64,000 nt of DNA from Mobula hypostoma (Eukaryota), in assembly GCF_963921235.1 (NCBI RefSeq), contig NC_086108.1, forward strand, positions 35,900,001-35,964,000. Direction: 5' to 3'. Shown here one piece after another: positions 38,156 to 51,480 of the stretch (positions are counted from its first letter, which is position 1; each line of letters starts with the position of its first letter). The notes below the pieces were generated by a model, which made no database searches, was not told where the DNA came from, and saw only the letters and a program-made list of their open reading frames with translations. The translations under genes were made by a program, and so were the position numbers.

Positions 38156-39374
38156 AGTTTTGATGTTACCAATCACAGTGACATTTATTGTTGATAAAGA
38201 ATATGGGAATTTTACAAACCTGAGATTTGGCTTGACTAAAGTCGGCTTGAAATATTCACTTCAAATTAAATCAGATTTGGCACACTGAGAAACCTTTGAA
38301 GAGACAATAAGGGAAAAATGTAACTATGTTCCCAAAGGAGAAGCAAATATGATGGTCCCATGGACTTCTTATGCATTCCCTCAGATTTCTGCCGGCTTGT
38401 TTCCACTCAGCTTCAGTGATTTCTCAGGTGACTGATGAGGCCAGGTGGGAACAACTGATTTTTCCTCTGTTAGGCACAGGAGCAGCCTAAGAGGAAAGGC
38501 GGGTGGGTAGTTTGTGAAGTTGTGTGCTCGCTTACACCAATTTTTTGTTGCAGTTCATGTCTCAAATGCTCCTTCTACATTCGGAGCAGTTATGTGTAAT
38601 GGATCACCAGGAGTTAGTCTGGATGCTGCCTTTATCACAAAGAAAATTTGAAAACATGATTTTTTTTTTCTACTATCCACCAGCTAATCTCTTTCTACAA
38701 CAGAACTTGGAACAGGGTCCTCATCTGCCTCTTCGTGAATTGTAGAGTGAATTTGAAAAAATTAAACAGTATGCCAGGTGGAAGACAGCATGCAGGTCCT
38801 CCCCAGCTTGCAAATGCCCAACTCATGTACAGCTCAAATGCCCAACTCAGGTTATGAACAGTTCACAGAAATGGAAACCAGCTGTAAGATAGGGAGGAGC
38901 TACATGTCAAAGTCAGACAGCTCAAATGTAGAGGGATGAAGGAAGTGCAGGAGTGAAGTAAAAAAGATGAGTTAATGAAAGGAGGTATTAATTACATCTT
39001 GATAGGTAAAGACAAGAGAGGTCTTAAGACATTTTATAAATGCACAACAAACAAGAGCACAACTAGAGAGCAGGATCAATTGGATACCAAATAGTTAACC
39101 CATGATTGAAGACTGACGGTGTGAGCGTGGTTTTAAATAAATGTTTGTATCTGTCTTCTCAAAAGCAGTGAATGATATCGATGTTGTTAAAATGAATAAG
39201 TGTAAAATATTGGTTGGAGTAAACACAGAGATAGATGGTTCATCAGAAAGATCACTGAAACTCCAACTCTAATATAAGAGTCCTGTCGTAGATGTTTGCT
39301 GATGATACTATAGCAGGACGTATCGTTGACAGTGAAGAAGAAAGCTATGGGTAGTAGGAAGTTAGCGACCAACA

Positions 39375-40200
39375 AAGTTCAAAGCTCAAAGTTCAAAATT
39401 TCAGAAGTTTAGCGTTCTCTTATTAGAGTGTACACTGTATGTGTCACCAAAAACAACCCTGAGATTCTTTTTCTTGAGTGCATATTCAGCAAATCTTTAG
39501 AATAGTAACTATGACAGGATCAATGAAAGATCAAGTAGAGCCTAGAAGACAACAGACTGTACAAATGCAATTATAAATAAATAGGGATAAATAACAAGTG
39601 CTTGAAATAACAAGATAAAGAGTCCTTGAAGTTGTGGGAACATCTCAATAGATGAGTGTAGTTATCCTCTTTTGTTCAAGAGCCTGATGGTTGAGGGGTA
39701 GTAACTGTCCTTGAAGCTGAGAGTGCAAGTCCTGAAGCTCCTGTACCCTCTACCTGATGGCACGAGTGAGAAACAAGCATTGCCTAGTTGGTGAGGATAT
39801 TTGATGATGGATGCTGCTTTCCTATTATAGCATTTCATGTAGATGTGCTCAATGGTTGGAAGGGCCTTACCCATGATGTACTGGGCCGAATCCACTACCT
39901 TTTGTAGGATTTTCTATTCAAAGGCATTTGTGTTTCCATACCAGGCCATGATACAGCCAGACAATACACTTTCCACTGCACATCTAAAGAAGTTTGTCAA
40001 AGTTTTTGAAGTCATACCGAATCTCCACAGACTCCTAAGGAAGTAGAGGCACTGTTGTGCTTTTTTTACAACTACATTTATATGATAGGTTCAGGACAGG
40101 TCCTCTGAGATGGTAACATGCCAGAACCTATAGTTACTGACCCTCTCTACCTCTGAACCTCCAATAAGGACTAGCTTATGGACTTCTGGGTTTGCTCTCC
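39375..40200 (-). mobile_element. Degenerate Rex1/Babar-like fragment
   Basis: ORF 39662..39895 (KAASIIK.P...FSLVPSGRGYRS...SFKDSYYPSTIRLLN). Confidence 0.78.
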
Positions 40201-40861
40201 TGAATCTATAATAGGCAGGAACAGAGAGGTACAAGGATTTACACTAGGAGGGTGAAAAAAGATAAAATAATTCATGATAAATTATTCGATGTTGAGTATT
40301 GTACAAGAACCAAATGACCTTAAGTGCATATCTGTAGACCTGGGGAAATCTAGATTATAGACAAATTATATGCAGATGCTGCTGGAGCGTGGCAACTCAT
40401 TGCAATCTGCTTTCTGCACATTCACTCATTACTCTTCGTATAAATATTTTACTCCTTTAAAGCTAATTTCTGTCTCTCAGAATACCTCAATGCACTGTGT
40501 AATGGTTTGATCTGCGTGAACACTCTGCAAGACAACTTTTCACTGCATCCCAGTGCATGTGACAATAATAAACCAATTCTAATTCCATTTACCAGACAGG
40601 GCACGGAATATAAGTGCAAGGGTGTGAGCAAGGATTGTATGAAACACCAGGAAGGAAACAGCTGGAGAGCGGTAGAGAGTCTTGGTTACATTACAGGGGA
40701 AAGACGGCAGCACCAGCAAAGGCATAGATGCAATTTACTAGGGTACTGAACAATTTCAGCAAAAAGGAAAGACTGGCAGCTCTAACCCAAATGACCTTTA
40801 ACAGTGGTACTGTTTCTATGGCTGTTAGCTCATGCGGATTGCTTCAGCACAAATAAAATAC

Positions 40862-41128
40862 TTATTTATTTATTTTTATTTCGAGGTGCAGCACAGTAAT
40901 AGGTCCTTCCAGCCCAATGAGCTCACACTGCCCAATTGCACCCAAGTGGCAAATTAACCTACCAACCGATATGTCTTTGGAATGTGGGAGGAAACCGGAG
41001 AACCCAGGGGAAACCCACCTGATCACAGGGAGAACGTCCAAACTCTTTAAGGATAATGGTGGGATTGAACCGAAGTCACTGGCACTGTAATAGTGTTACT
41101 CTAACTGCTACGCTACTGTGGTGTCCTA
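40862..41128 (-). mobile_element. tRNA-derived V-SINE-like copy
   Basis: Reverse complement of the 12040 family (gtgggaggaaaccggag; gggattgaacc) with a (TTTA)n tail. Confidence 0.78.
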
Positions 41129-43599
41129 AGGCATTAGAAGTTATAAATAAGAGCAGAATACATCAGCACAGTTATCAGGTTCATTATTATCAAGCTTCCA
41201 CACATTCATGAAAGAACACTGTATCACAAGATTATGAGTCTCATGGTACAAATTAAAAATATTCAATTAAAATATCACTTGAATACAGTTCTTTGCCTTA
41301 TTTGATAAGATTCCAATAACCTTGATGTATTAAAGATCAATATGGAAAGAAGTCATTGCTCACTGTAGCTTCATAAGGACATCATAACCTCAATAGTACT
41401 CATTAAATTCACTCGAGCTAGTGGGAATAAATTAGTATCATAGGAGGCAGATTCAATGACAGTTAAACATAGACAAATGAAGACACAAGAGACCACAGAT
41501 ATGGAGTAACAAATAAGAAGCCAAAGGAACTCAACTAGTCAGGCAGCATTTATGGAGGGAAATGAACGGTTGACATTTGAGGTCAAGACCCTTCATCTGG
41601 ACTCTCAGATAGTGATTTCTGAAATGTCAGAGCAACAGGAAAAATGGCACAGATTCAAAACTGTGAAGAGCTAAAGTTAGAATAGATGTGGAAAATATCC
41701 CATTGTACACCAGATGATCCACAGTTGGGAAGATCTGTTATACCCTGCTGACTTCAGATTAATTGAAAAAAAGGCCCAGCCAATTTAGAGGGAAGACGAT
41801 AAGCTTGGCATGTCGGAAATTGTTTTGACATAAGACACTACTGAAGAAGTGTAGGCATTGGATATTTTTTTGACAACAGTCTGGTGACGGCACTGAGTCT
41901 GCAAGCTAAGAGGCATGGTTAAAAATAATTCCTCTAAATAACAGTTCTTTCAAGACCTCCTTTGAATGCTGAAAAAAAATGCTGGTTTAAAATCGTCTGC
42001 CACAAAAATAAGCCCAAAATAATCTGTGAGAACTGGTTACAAAAAACATCCTCTCTTTTGCTTCCTTTTTTTAAAATCTCTTGAAGCTCAAAACACACAA
42101 ACTAAAATATGGATGACTTTCTTGAAGTGTCATAACATGCCAAAGCTCACCTAATCAAAAGCTGTTTCTGAAGAATATCAAACCCTTGGATGAAGGTAGT
42201 AGCCCCTTAAATAGTAAGTCACTTGGTAAAAGGATAGGAAGTTCTTTTCTCCCTTTTTTAATAGGGAAAAATGAAAGGCAAGGTTACTATGGTTTTAATT
42301 TTCCTTCAGTACCCTCATGTACGTTTAAGGGCAAATCTAAACTCAGAGGTAGCTGACAAAGTCAGGATATATTTTATCACAATATGCAGATCATCTACAA
42401 CTGTAGTTTTTGTTAATGATTCACACAGACATGCAAAATTAACAGAAGATAATAGGGATAGTGTTTAGGAATCTATGAGGTCCTGTGTATGTTATCAACA
42501 CAGTGATTATAATCTACTTTGTTATTTTAACTAGGTTGCTAATATATGATTTAATATTTCCATTAAATGGAAAGTAATGTTATACGGTTAAGTGCTCAAA
42601 CACTGATAGTGCACCTGGTAATTTGTAAACTGAGCTGACCAAAGCTAGACAGTATGATAGCATACACATTGCCCATAGAACTGCCAATGTTTTTTCAGAA
42701 AACTGAAAGGGATCTTTGCTGGAATTCAGATGTCCTGAACTTTCCATGTGTTTTTTTTTACTGACTATACTCAATGATGTGCCCTTTGTGAGAGAATCCT
42801 TTGCCACTGCACTCCACCCTAACATCAGGCGATTTACAGCTACCCTGCACGGCACTATGCATTTATGAGTACATACAGCCCAAAGCCCAGTGATTAAATA
42901 ATGCCCAGTATTGGGTTTATGAAGAAAAATCCTAGTGTTTAGCAACAATATGTGTACCAAGACTTTAAATCATTTAATGGTGATTAGTTCAGTGCCACGT
43001 CATCCAATATTAATGTAATCCAGATTACATCAAATTTGTGAATTGGCAAAATTGGACTGGTCATTTCCATTAGGGACACACACACCACTAAACATTTGGA
43101 AATGCTGAGTCCAAACTTCTATCATTCTGAAATGTGCACTAATGATGTAATTCGGCAAACAACATATAATTGAAACCTTTCTGGAATAAATTGAACATAA
43201 ATTGGATAGCATAGTGGAACATCTAGCAGATTTGGCATTTCAGATACCACTGTTTGAGAGTCCAAAGGAAGAGTCTAGACCTGAAGTGTTGACTGTTCAT
43301 TTCTCTCCATTGGCCACTGAAAGTTGTCCATAGTGAGAGAATCTGGGGAGTGCGTGTTGGGGAGCAGGCACTAGAAAATGAGGGGTTTAAGTGACAGGAG
43401 AAACTGAGTAGTGATGTTAAAGGGATGAATTGTGAGTCTGATAAAGAGGCAAAATTAGGGGCTGAAGATGAGGAGCTGAATGTCAAAAGTGAAATTAAGG
43501 GGAGCAAAATGTGGGAATGAATGTGAGGGGTGAATTGAGACAGAAGATAAGAGGTAGAAAATGAGGGTCTGAAAGTGAGTAGTTTTTAAAATTTACCAG

Positions 43600-43900
43600 A
43601 AGAAAGAACTGACTTTGAACTATCCTTCTAAGATGAGCAATTCATAGCACATTGATCTTGAAAACTGGCTCCAGATTGAGGACCTGAATGCCATGGGTTG
43701 GTGAGATATTTAAGCTGTGCATGCATGTCAAGTCAACAAAGACCATTCTTAGTGTACCTCCCAGTGAGAATGCTGGATGTGCAAAATTGCCTCTGCATTT
43801 TAGCTGTAAAGTTGTTCAGAGAAAAAAAGGTATCCTTAATGTTGAAGTTGTGCTTGAAATGTCTGCCTCCTGGTGGTGATTTTTGTTTCATTACAAATAA
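43600..43900 (+). repeat. Copy A of a duplicated non-coding module
   Basis: tcatagcacattgatcttgaaaactggctccaga...gaagttgtgcttgaaatgtctgcc.cctggtggtg is shared with 45990-46235. Confidence 0.9.
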
Positions 43901-44055
43901 AATGACGGCTACATTGAACAAGAGCACTTATTTTGCAGTTCATTTCTATTATCCAGTTCTGTTTTCATTATTTAGCAATTCAAAATTGAATATAACTCTT
44001 AAGTAAAATGCTGTAACAGCAATTTTTTGGTGTTCTTAATATTCACATGTGATGA

Positions 44056-45330
44056 CCATAGACATAGGAGCAGAAACAGGCCACTTGGCCCATCGAGTCT
44101 GCTCCACCATTTAATCATTACTGATCCTTTCTTTTTCCCTCCTTGGCCCCATCCCCCGGCCTTCCCTACCTTTTATACCATGTCCAATCAAGAACCTATC
44201 AAGCTCTACCTTAAATACACCCAATGACCTGACCTCCACAACTGCCTGTGGTAAAAAATTCCACAAATTCGCTACCCTCTGGCTAAACAAATTTCTCTGC
44301 ATCTGTTTTAAATGGACACCCCTCTATCCTGAGGTTGTGCCTCCTTGTCCTAGGCTCCCCCACCATGGGAAACACCCTTTCCACTTCTACACTGTCTAGG
44401 CCTTTCAATATTCGAAAGGCTTCAATGAGATCCCACCCCGCACCCACCCTTCTAAATTCAAATGAGTACAGACCCAGAGCCATCAAACATTCCTCGCATG
44501 ATAACCCTCTCATTTCTGGAATCATCCTTGTGAACATCTTCTGAACCCTCTCCAATGCCAGCATATCTTTTCTTAGATGAGGAGCCCAGAACTGTTCACA
44601 ATACTCAAGGCCTCAAAAGTGCCTTAAAGCCTCTGCATCCCATCCCTGATCTTATGTTCTGGGCCTCTTGAAATAAATGCTAACATTGCATTTGCCTTTC
44701 TCACCACTGACTCTCCCTGTAAGTTAATCTTCAGGGTGTTCTGCACAAGGACTCTCAAGTCCCATTGTATCTCAGATTTTTGGATTTTCTCCCCATTTAG
44801 AAAATAGACTGCACATTTATTTCTTCTACCAAGTGCATGACCATGCATTTTCCAACATTGTATTTCATTTGCCACTTTCTTGCCCATTCTTCACATCTGT
44901 CTAAGTCCTTCTGTTTCCTCAATACTACCTGCCCCTTCACCAATCTTCGTATCATCTGCAAACTTGGCAACAAAGCCATCTATTCCATCATCTAAATCAT
45001 TTATATACAGCATAAAAAGTGGTCCCAACTTTGACCCCTACGGAACACCACTAGTCACTGGCAGCCAACCAGAAAAGGATCCTTTTATTCCCACTCACTG
45101 CCTCCTACCAATCAACTAATGCTCTAACCATGTTAGTAACTTTCCTGTAATACCATGGGCTCTTAACTTAGTAATCAGCTTCAAGTGTGGCACCTTGTCA
45201 AAGGCAAAGTCCAAATATACAACATCCACCACATCCCCTTTATCTATCCTGCTTGTAATTTCCTCAAAGAATTCCAACAGGTTAATCAGGCAAGATTTTC
45301 CCATAAGGAAACCATGCCTTGTTCTATCTT
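44056..45330 (-). mobile_element. CR1 fragment
   Basis: ORFs 45116..45304, 44624..44887, 44283..44564 and 44111..44302 give consecutive RT and C-terminal pieces. Confidence 0.9.
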
Positions 45331-45939
45331 GTTCTATGACATAATCGCTAATACCCTTTCAGAGCATATGCAGGTAGCTAGTGACTTTGTCCTGAGGACA
45401 GGTGGTATTGGACATTCCTGGGACAACCTAGTCCTCCCAATATTAGACTAGACTAGGATTCCTGCCAGTTACATCAATTACTTACACTTAGATGTCCTGC
45501 GCTTTAATCTTCTGTGTCATGCCCTCTCCTCCAACACCCCTGATCATACGCCAATCCTTGACGTTGGCCTCAATACTCACTGCACCGCACTGAAAAGGTC
45601 AGTCACCCTCATGCTGAACAGGAGGGAATGAAAATGAAGGTCACAAATTAAGGGACAAGAATACAGGGCTGAACTTGAGAAGCTGAAAAGGGCTAACACT
45701 GAGGTTCTGAAAGTAAAGGTCTCAAACTGAGTTGCATTGTAAAACTAAGTGACAAAGTAAGGGGCTCAGACTGAGGGACAAATTGTGGGGCTATAAATGA
45801 GGGGTGAAATTGAGAGACCAAAAATGTGAGGCAAAATTGAGGGCTGGAGCTGAAAGTGAGGGTGTGAAACTGAGGACAGGAAATGAGAGGTGGAAAATGG
45901 AAGTCCAAAAGATAGCGTTTTTTAGAAGAATCGCACAGA

Positions 45940-46240
45940 AGAAAGTACTTTTATCATTCTACAATGAGCAACTCCAGACAGGGATGAAGCTCATAGCACA
46001 TTGATCTTGAAAACTGGCTCCAGAATAAGGACCTGAATGCCATGGGCTAGTGAGATATGTACGTTATGCATGCATGTCAACTCAACAAGACTTTTCTTAG
46101 CATACCTCTTAGCGAGAATACTGGACATGCAAAATAGCTTCTGCATTTTGGCTGAAAAAATTCAGAGAAAAAGTAAGTATCTAATGTAGAAGTTGTGCTT
46201 GAAATGTCTGCCACCTGGTGGTGCTTTTGTTTCCCTACAA
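45940..46240 (+). repeat. Copy B of the duplicated non-coding module
   Basis: Collinear with 43600-43900, with several identical blocks of 20-34 bp. Confidence 0.9.
46209..46221 (-). promoter_or_regulatory. Candidate CTCF binding site
   Basis: Minus strand CCACCAGGTGGCA fits the CTCF core CCASYAGRKGGC; the paralogous CCACCAGGAGGCA lies at 43864-43876. Confidence 0.55.
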
Positions 46241-47978
46241 AAATAATGCCTTCACCACTTTCAACACTATTGGTAGGATTTTTAATCAGTAGGCCCATTA
46301 AGTTGTTTTTCATCCAAACTTTTTTTTAAACTAAAAGTGAACTGAAATTCTTCAGCTGCTGTGTTGGAATTCGAAAGCATGTCTATGGAGTCATAACATC
46401 TGTGAAACTGCCTTTTCATGCCCTTCTTGTACAAGCAGGAAAGCAGCACTTGCTTCCTCATGGGTGCCTGAAACTGGAAACTGCACAATTCCTTTTTTCA
46501 GCTCTTCCTCACCTCAATAGGATACAAGGTTATTCAAACTCTTATAATACTTTACAATCCTGAATTAGTGATTTATTTTCAGAAGGTAAAATAAGTGTCT
46601 GAAAATAGCCTTTCACAGCTGTTTGGCCTTATATTGAATGCGCCCTCACGGGTAGTCCTTGCTATTTATATCTGTAATGAAAAACACTGGGAACACTCAG
46701 TAGGTCAGGTAGCATCAGTAAGGTAATAAAAATCAATTAGCTATTTACATTTCACTCTTCAGACACTACCTAACCTGCAGAATATTTCTTGCATTTTCTG
46801 CTTTACTTATAGATTTCCAGCATCTGCTGTATTTTCCTTGTAATGTTGTCAGTCCCTGCATTCCACAAATGCTTTGGATTTCAGTTGTATTTTCTACTAA
46901 ATATTAACTTGTAAATTAAGAAGAGTGGGCTACTTAGCCTCTCCAATTTCCTCCACTATTCAGTAATATAGTATGAAGCTGATTGTAACAACTCTACAGT
47001 CTACTCATAGGTAACCTTTCACCATCTTATCTAGAAGTCATCTTAATATTTTCATGCAACTCTCCCCTTAAAGGCATACATCTTGTATGCCTTTTAACGA
47101 TATAAAAATATTCAGTTTCCTCTGCTCTTTTAGAAATCCAAAGACATAACTTTCAGAGAGGTATTTTGCCTTTATCAACTTTAAATTATCAACTTCTTAC
47201 TTCTGAACTATGCCCACATCAACACTGTTAAATCCCCTAGGGATCTTTAGTATCAATCAAGTTCCCTCTGGATTTTAAACTCCAACAGATACAACTCTAA
47301 ACTATTCAATCTTTTCTCATAACTCTCCCCTTTAACATATATATCTTTTAAACCATCTCAATATCCTTCCTTAAGTAACACTACACAAATTGTCTCACTA
47401 TTGCCTCCCGTACCTGAAACTCAGGCTCCTTATATCTCAACTTCCTTAGCAATGATAATATTGTTAGCTTTTGAAATCAACTCCGTTGGCATTGTAGCCT
47501 TTTGGGAATTCTATAGATATATCAATTCATCTGTAAGTTCCTGGTCACACAACACAGAAAATTGCTGATTTTATCTGCTGACTAGTTATTTTTTATTATT
47601 AGTTTTTAAGTTATTCTTTTAATGTTGCCAACATAAGAGGAATAAAATTCCCATTTTCAGAAATCAATCTGGAACAAATAGTGTTTGTACTTCTGGGAAC
47701 AGAGAATACAAACAAGCCAAAAAGATAACTCTCATGGGCATTTAGCTGTCCATGGTAACCTGGTTATGTGTTCATGACATTTATTATTTACTTAGCTTCC
47801 AATTCTGAAAATGTCGAGTCACAATGCTTTGCTTAAAAGAAACACATGAAACTTAACTTCTACTACAATAACCAAAGTTTATTTTTTCTTGTCAGCACTG
47901 ACCTTTCAGAACAAACCTGCAATAATCTGTTAATTAAACTCAAAACAGGAAAGAGTAGCACGATTTTAAATAATAACT

Positions 47979-47995
47979 TTTATTTAGTATTTATT
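47979..47995 (-). terminator. UCHL5: Tandem AATAAA polyadenylation signals of UCHL5 (3' UTR about 350 nt)
   Basis: TTTATT on + at 47979-47984 and 47990-47995, followed on the minus strand by a U/GU-rich tract (tactctttcctgttttgagttt). Confidence 0.7.
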
Positions 47996-48321
47996 ACCTT
48001 TTCATGCATCTAATCAATTGCATTACTCAACACGACAAAAAGTGACTCTCTTGAAATCTAGGTTGTAAGGTGTTGGCAACACTGAAAAATTTGCACGGGA
48101 TTTTTTTCCAATCTCATTTATATTAAAACACAGTATGTAATGCATGCACACAATGCAGATGAGGAACAATTGAAAGACTTGTACGAGATGTATAATTTCA
48201 AATATAAGAGTGCTTTGCACTCCTTTAACAGTATATGGAAAGTTCACTGTTGTAGGGCAGAGTTCACTTCTTAAAACAGAATTATCAGCAGCAAACGGTC
48301 AAACATTATTGAGAAGAGGTT

Positions 48322-48366
48322 TCACTTGGCTTCTTGAGCTTTTTTAGCATTCTGTTTTTCTTTTGC
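48322..48366 (-). CDS. UCHL5: UCHL5 terminal coding exon AKEKQNAKKAQEAK-stop
   Basis: Acceptor tctcaatacag, then GCA AAA GAA AAA CAG AAT GCT AAA AAA GCT CAA GAA GCC AAG TGA; matches the known vertebrate C-terminus AKEKQNAKKAQETK. Confidence 0.95.
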   Translation of the reverse strand, partial: AKEKQNAKKAQEAK

Positions 48367-49380
48367 CTGTATTGAGAAACAAACGCAACATTGAATCATG
48401 AAACAAGCAACATGCACCATTTTATTTTTCTTCTTCCCAATATTCAATGTCTTTCTGTAACTCAGAAGAAAAAGCATACAAAGACTGCAGGAGTCGTCTC
48501 CTCTTCCAGTTACCCGCTCTTCAATATCTCACTACCTAAGACTGGAAATTTATAAATATACATAAAACTCACATAATGGTGATTTCACTGTGCTGCAAAA
48601 ATTCCCTTAGAGCACCAAAATATAATAGTAAGTCAAGTTGAGCTATAGAGTTTTCACACATATTCAAATGCAACCTGCATTTAGACTTGTGAAATTTATT
48701 TTTAAAATTGCACCATAATGTATGCTTACAGTCATGTACATAAAAGATGTACAAACAGACCTACAGACCTAAACAGCTGTTACCTTGCCATAGTGGCTGA
48801 AAGATTATGTGCAATACTCAATGTCAAAACAAAATCTTTGATCTGATCATATGTTGAGTGATTGGTGTGGCTCACACTCCACCATGATATCCTAATTTTG
48901 CCACTTATTTTAGATGATCTAATCTGAAGAGTGCACTTTCATAACTAAAATGTAGTTTTCATTTTCCAAGTTGATGGGTTGATTGAATCACTAGCTATAA
49001 AATCTTTCAACTTCACTTCTAATTTGCTTCTTGCCCACACCCCCACCCCAAACTAAGAATGTACAAGTGAGCAGTTACCAGACTTTCAACAGGCAGTCAA
49101 AAGTGAAACAGTATATGCAAGATGACTTGCTATTCTATCAACTTCCTGAGAGAACAAAAGATTCTTAATGCTTTGCAATTCCACAAATAACTTTTGTGAG
49201 GTGTGAATCTAATTGCACAATATGTGATCCCTGGGTAGAGCTTCCTTTATATTTCTAATACAATACATAGGCATGTTCAGTCTTCAGTCTTTATTTAAAC
49301 CAGACCAGTGGAACTGTGCGGCATTCTCTCCACAGCCAACAAAACTCAGCATATTTTCAGGTGAAGTCAATGTAACTTGC

Positions 49381-49479
49381 CTTCTCCACTAGTGGTATTA
49401 ACTGCTGGTGTTCTGCCAAAGTCTTTAACAGTTCCATGATGAAGGGCAAGTAGTTGTGTTTTCTTCTGACGTTTTCAAT
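49381..49479 (-). CDS. UCHL5: UCHL5 coding exon, 99 nt, [33 protein letters not shown] (ULD region)
   Basis: Manual translation gives the [15 protein letters not shown] motif of the UCHL5/BAP1 ULD domain. Acceptor tttttgcag; non-canonical donor AAG|gcaagt. Confidence 0.96.
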
Positions 49480-51442
49480 CTGCAAAAATAAATAAATAGA
49501 CAATTTGCGCCATTTTATTTATGAGATGCTGTAGTACTTATCAGGATGACTAGCCAAATTGGCTATAACTCGCAATCGTGAAATAGGGTGGAGCTTCAGT
49601 GAAATGCAGAAATATGCATATAAAGACCCAGGTAACAGACAGTTGAAATAGTGCAATTAAAGATTTTAATTTAGATTAATGAATGGGAGAAGCATAATAA
49701 TCCAAAAACAAACTTCATATATGCACTTAGGAACTGAATGAAATTAGTAAATGTAGCATTGAGTACCAAACTAGATTCAATCAAAAAGCAAATAAGTGAA
49801 AAAGTGTCCTCAAAGTGATTTAAAAACCAACATTTTACATTTCCTAAAGGCAACCTTCAAAGGATTGAGAAATAAATTGACAATTGTAAACTGGACTGAC
49901 AATGAATGATAAAACGTCAAAAACAAAATATCTTTTAATGATTTTTTTCTGGTTTAATAATTGAAGTTTTATTTTAAACTATACCTCTTTCTAACTACAA
50001 GAGAATATTCATATCAGTATAGGCTAATAAATCAATAAGGAAAAAATAGATGAGATTAGACAGATGTTACAAATGAATGTTGACAGCTATCAGATAATTA
50101 GTTATTTGAAGAAAATTGGAATTTATTGAACAGGAGTCATTGAATTCATTGTTGGTTGAATTACTTCAAGCAATTTTTCACTAGCCTGTTTCTAGCTACT
50201 TCAATATGTGAGCAGGGGTTGGAAAGAAAGAAGCTGGTCATCATCTTGACTACCAAGGATGACAGTTAGTTTTCTAACATCCATACACATTTTTGTTTCT
50301 GCCAAGGCCAAGGAAAAGTCTGGGATGACTGCAGAAAAACTTTCCTGGCCAGCCTCCATTCCATAAACAAGATTTCAGGGGGTCAGTGTGATTTATTATA
50401 TACCCCTAGCCAAAGAACAATTTGATTATAAAACACTTTATAATATCCTTGGGAAAATCAAATAGCTATCATCACAAATACCAGAAATGCCCACCTTGGA
50501 TCACCTCACCCAGAAACCAATGGATATGTAACGATTTGCCCAAAAGAAAAAACAACAGGCATGTTCTACTATTTTGGTTTAGTCACATTATAAGAGCTCC
50601 CATGCAGAAGATATTGAGATGCATTATACAATGAGTGGCCCACAGTTAAGCTGAACAGTAAACAGAATGAATTTCAATTGAAAGCAGGATTTGCAAAGAT
50701 ATCAAGTGGGCCAGGGAAAATAGTTCACTCTCATCTGGCATCTTCATGCAATAAGGCTCTTTCAAACAGCCATCATTCAACTTCCTTTTGTGTCCCACGC
50801 CACTAAAAGAAAACAGATGATTGATTCTTCATTCACTATCCCATAACCCTAGACCCTTAGTCTAGAGTTGCAAGATTATGGAGCAGTCATTTAAAGCCAA
50901 GTTGAGTAGAAACTTTTTCCCACACAAAGTGTGGTGAATTATGGAATTCTATATCTTGGAGGGTTATGGAAGCTGGATCTTTGGAAGTATTTAGAGGAGA
51001 CATACATTTTTGGAAAAATTAGGGAACCAAGGTCTATGGTACCAAGGCAGATCGGTCATGTTCATATTGAAATGGCAGAGCAAACATGAGTGGTCAAGTG
51101 GCCTTAATACTGCTTTTTGTTATACTGTATATTCAAAAACTTTGGAAGTTGAATCCTGGAACAAATTCAAAGGCTGAAAATTATTTTTAAATCAGCAATA
51201 GCATCAATGGTTACAGGAAGAGTATAGGGAGGTACGTCTTGAGGAAAAATGTATCAGTCACAATTTTACTGAATGTTGGTGCAAGCTCAAGAGGCTGAGT
51301 ACTCCTGTCTCTTATGAAAACAATTGATATATTATTTTAAAACGCAAACACCAGGAGTTCTGCAGATGCTGGAAATTCAAACAACACACATCAAAGTTGC
51401 CGGTGAATGCAGCAGGCCAGGCAGCATCTCTAGCAAGAGGTG

Positions 51443-51480
51443 CAGTCGACGTTTCAGGCCGAGACCCTTCCTCAGGACTA
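51443..51480 (-). ncRNA. Minimal type I hammerhead ribozyme motif (Penelope pLTR, left arm)
   Basis: Minus strand tagtc-CTGAGGA-agg gtctcgg cct-GAAA-C-GTC-gactg. Confidence 0.78.
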
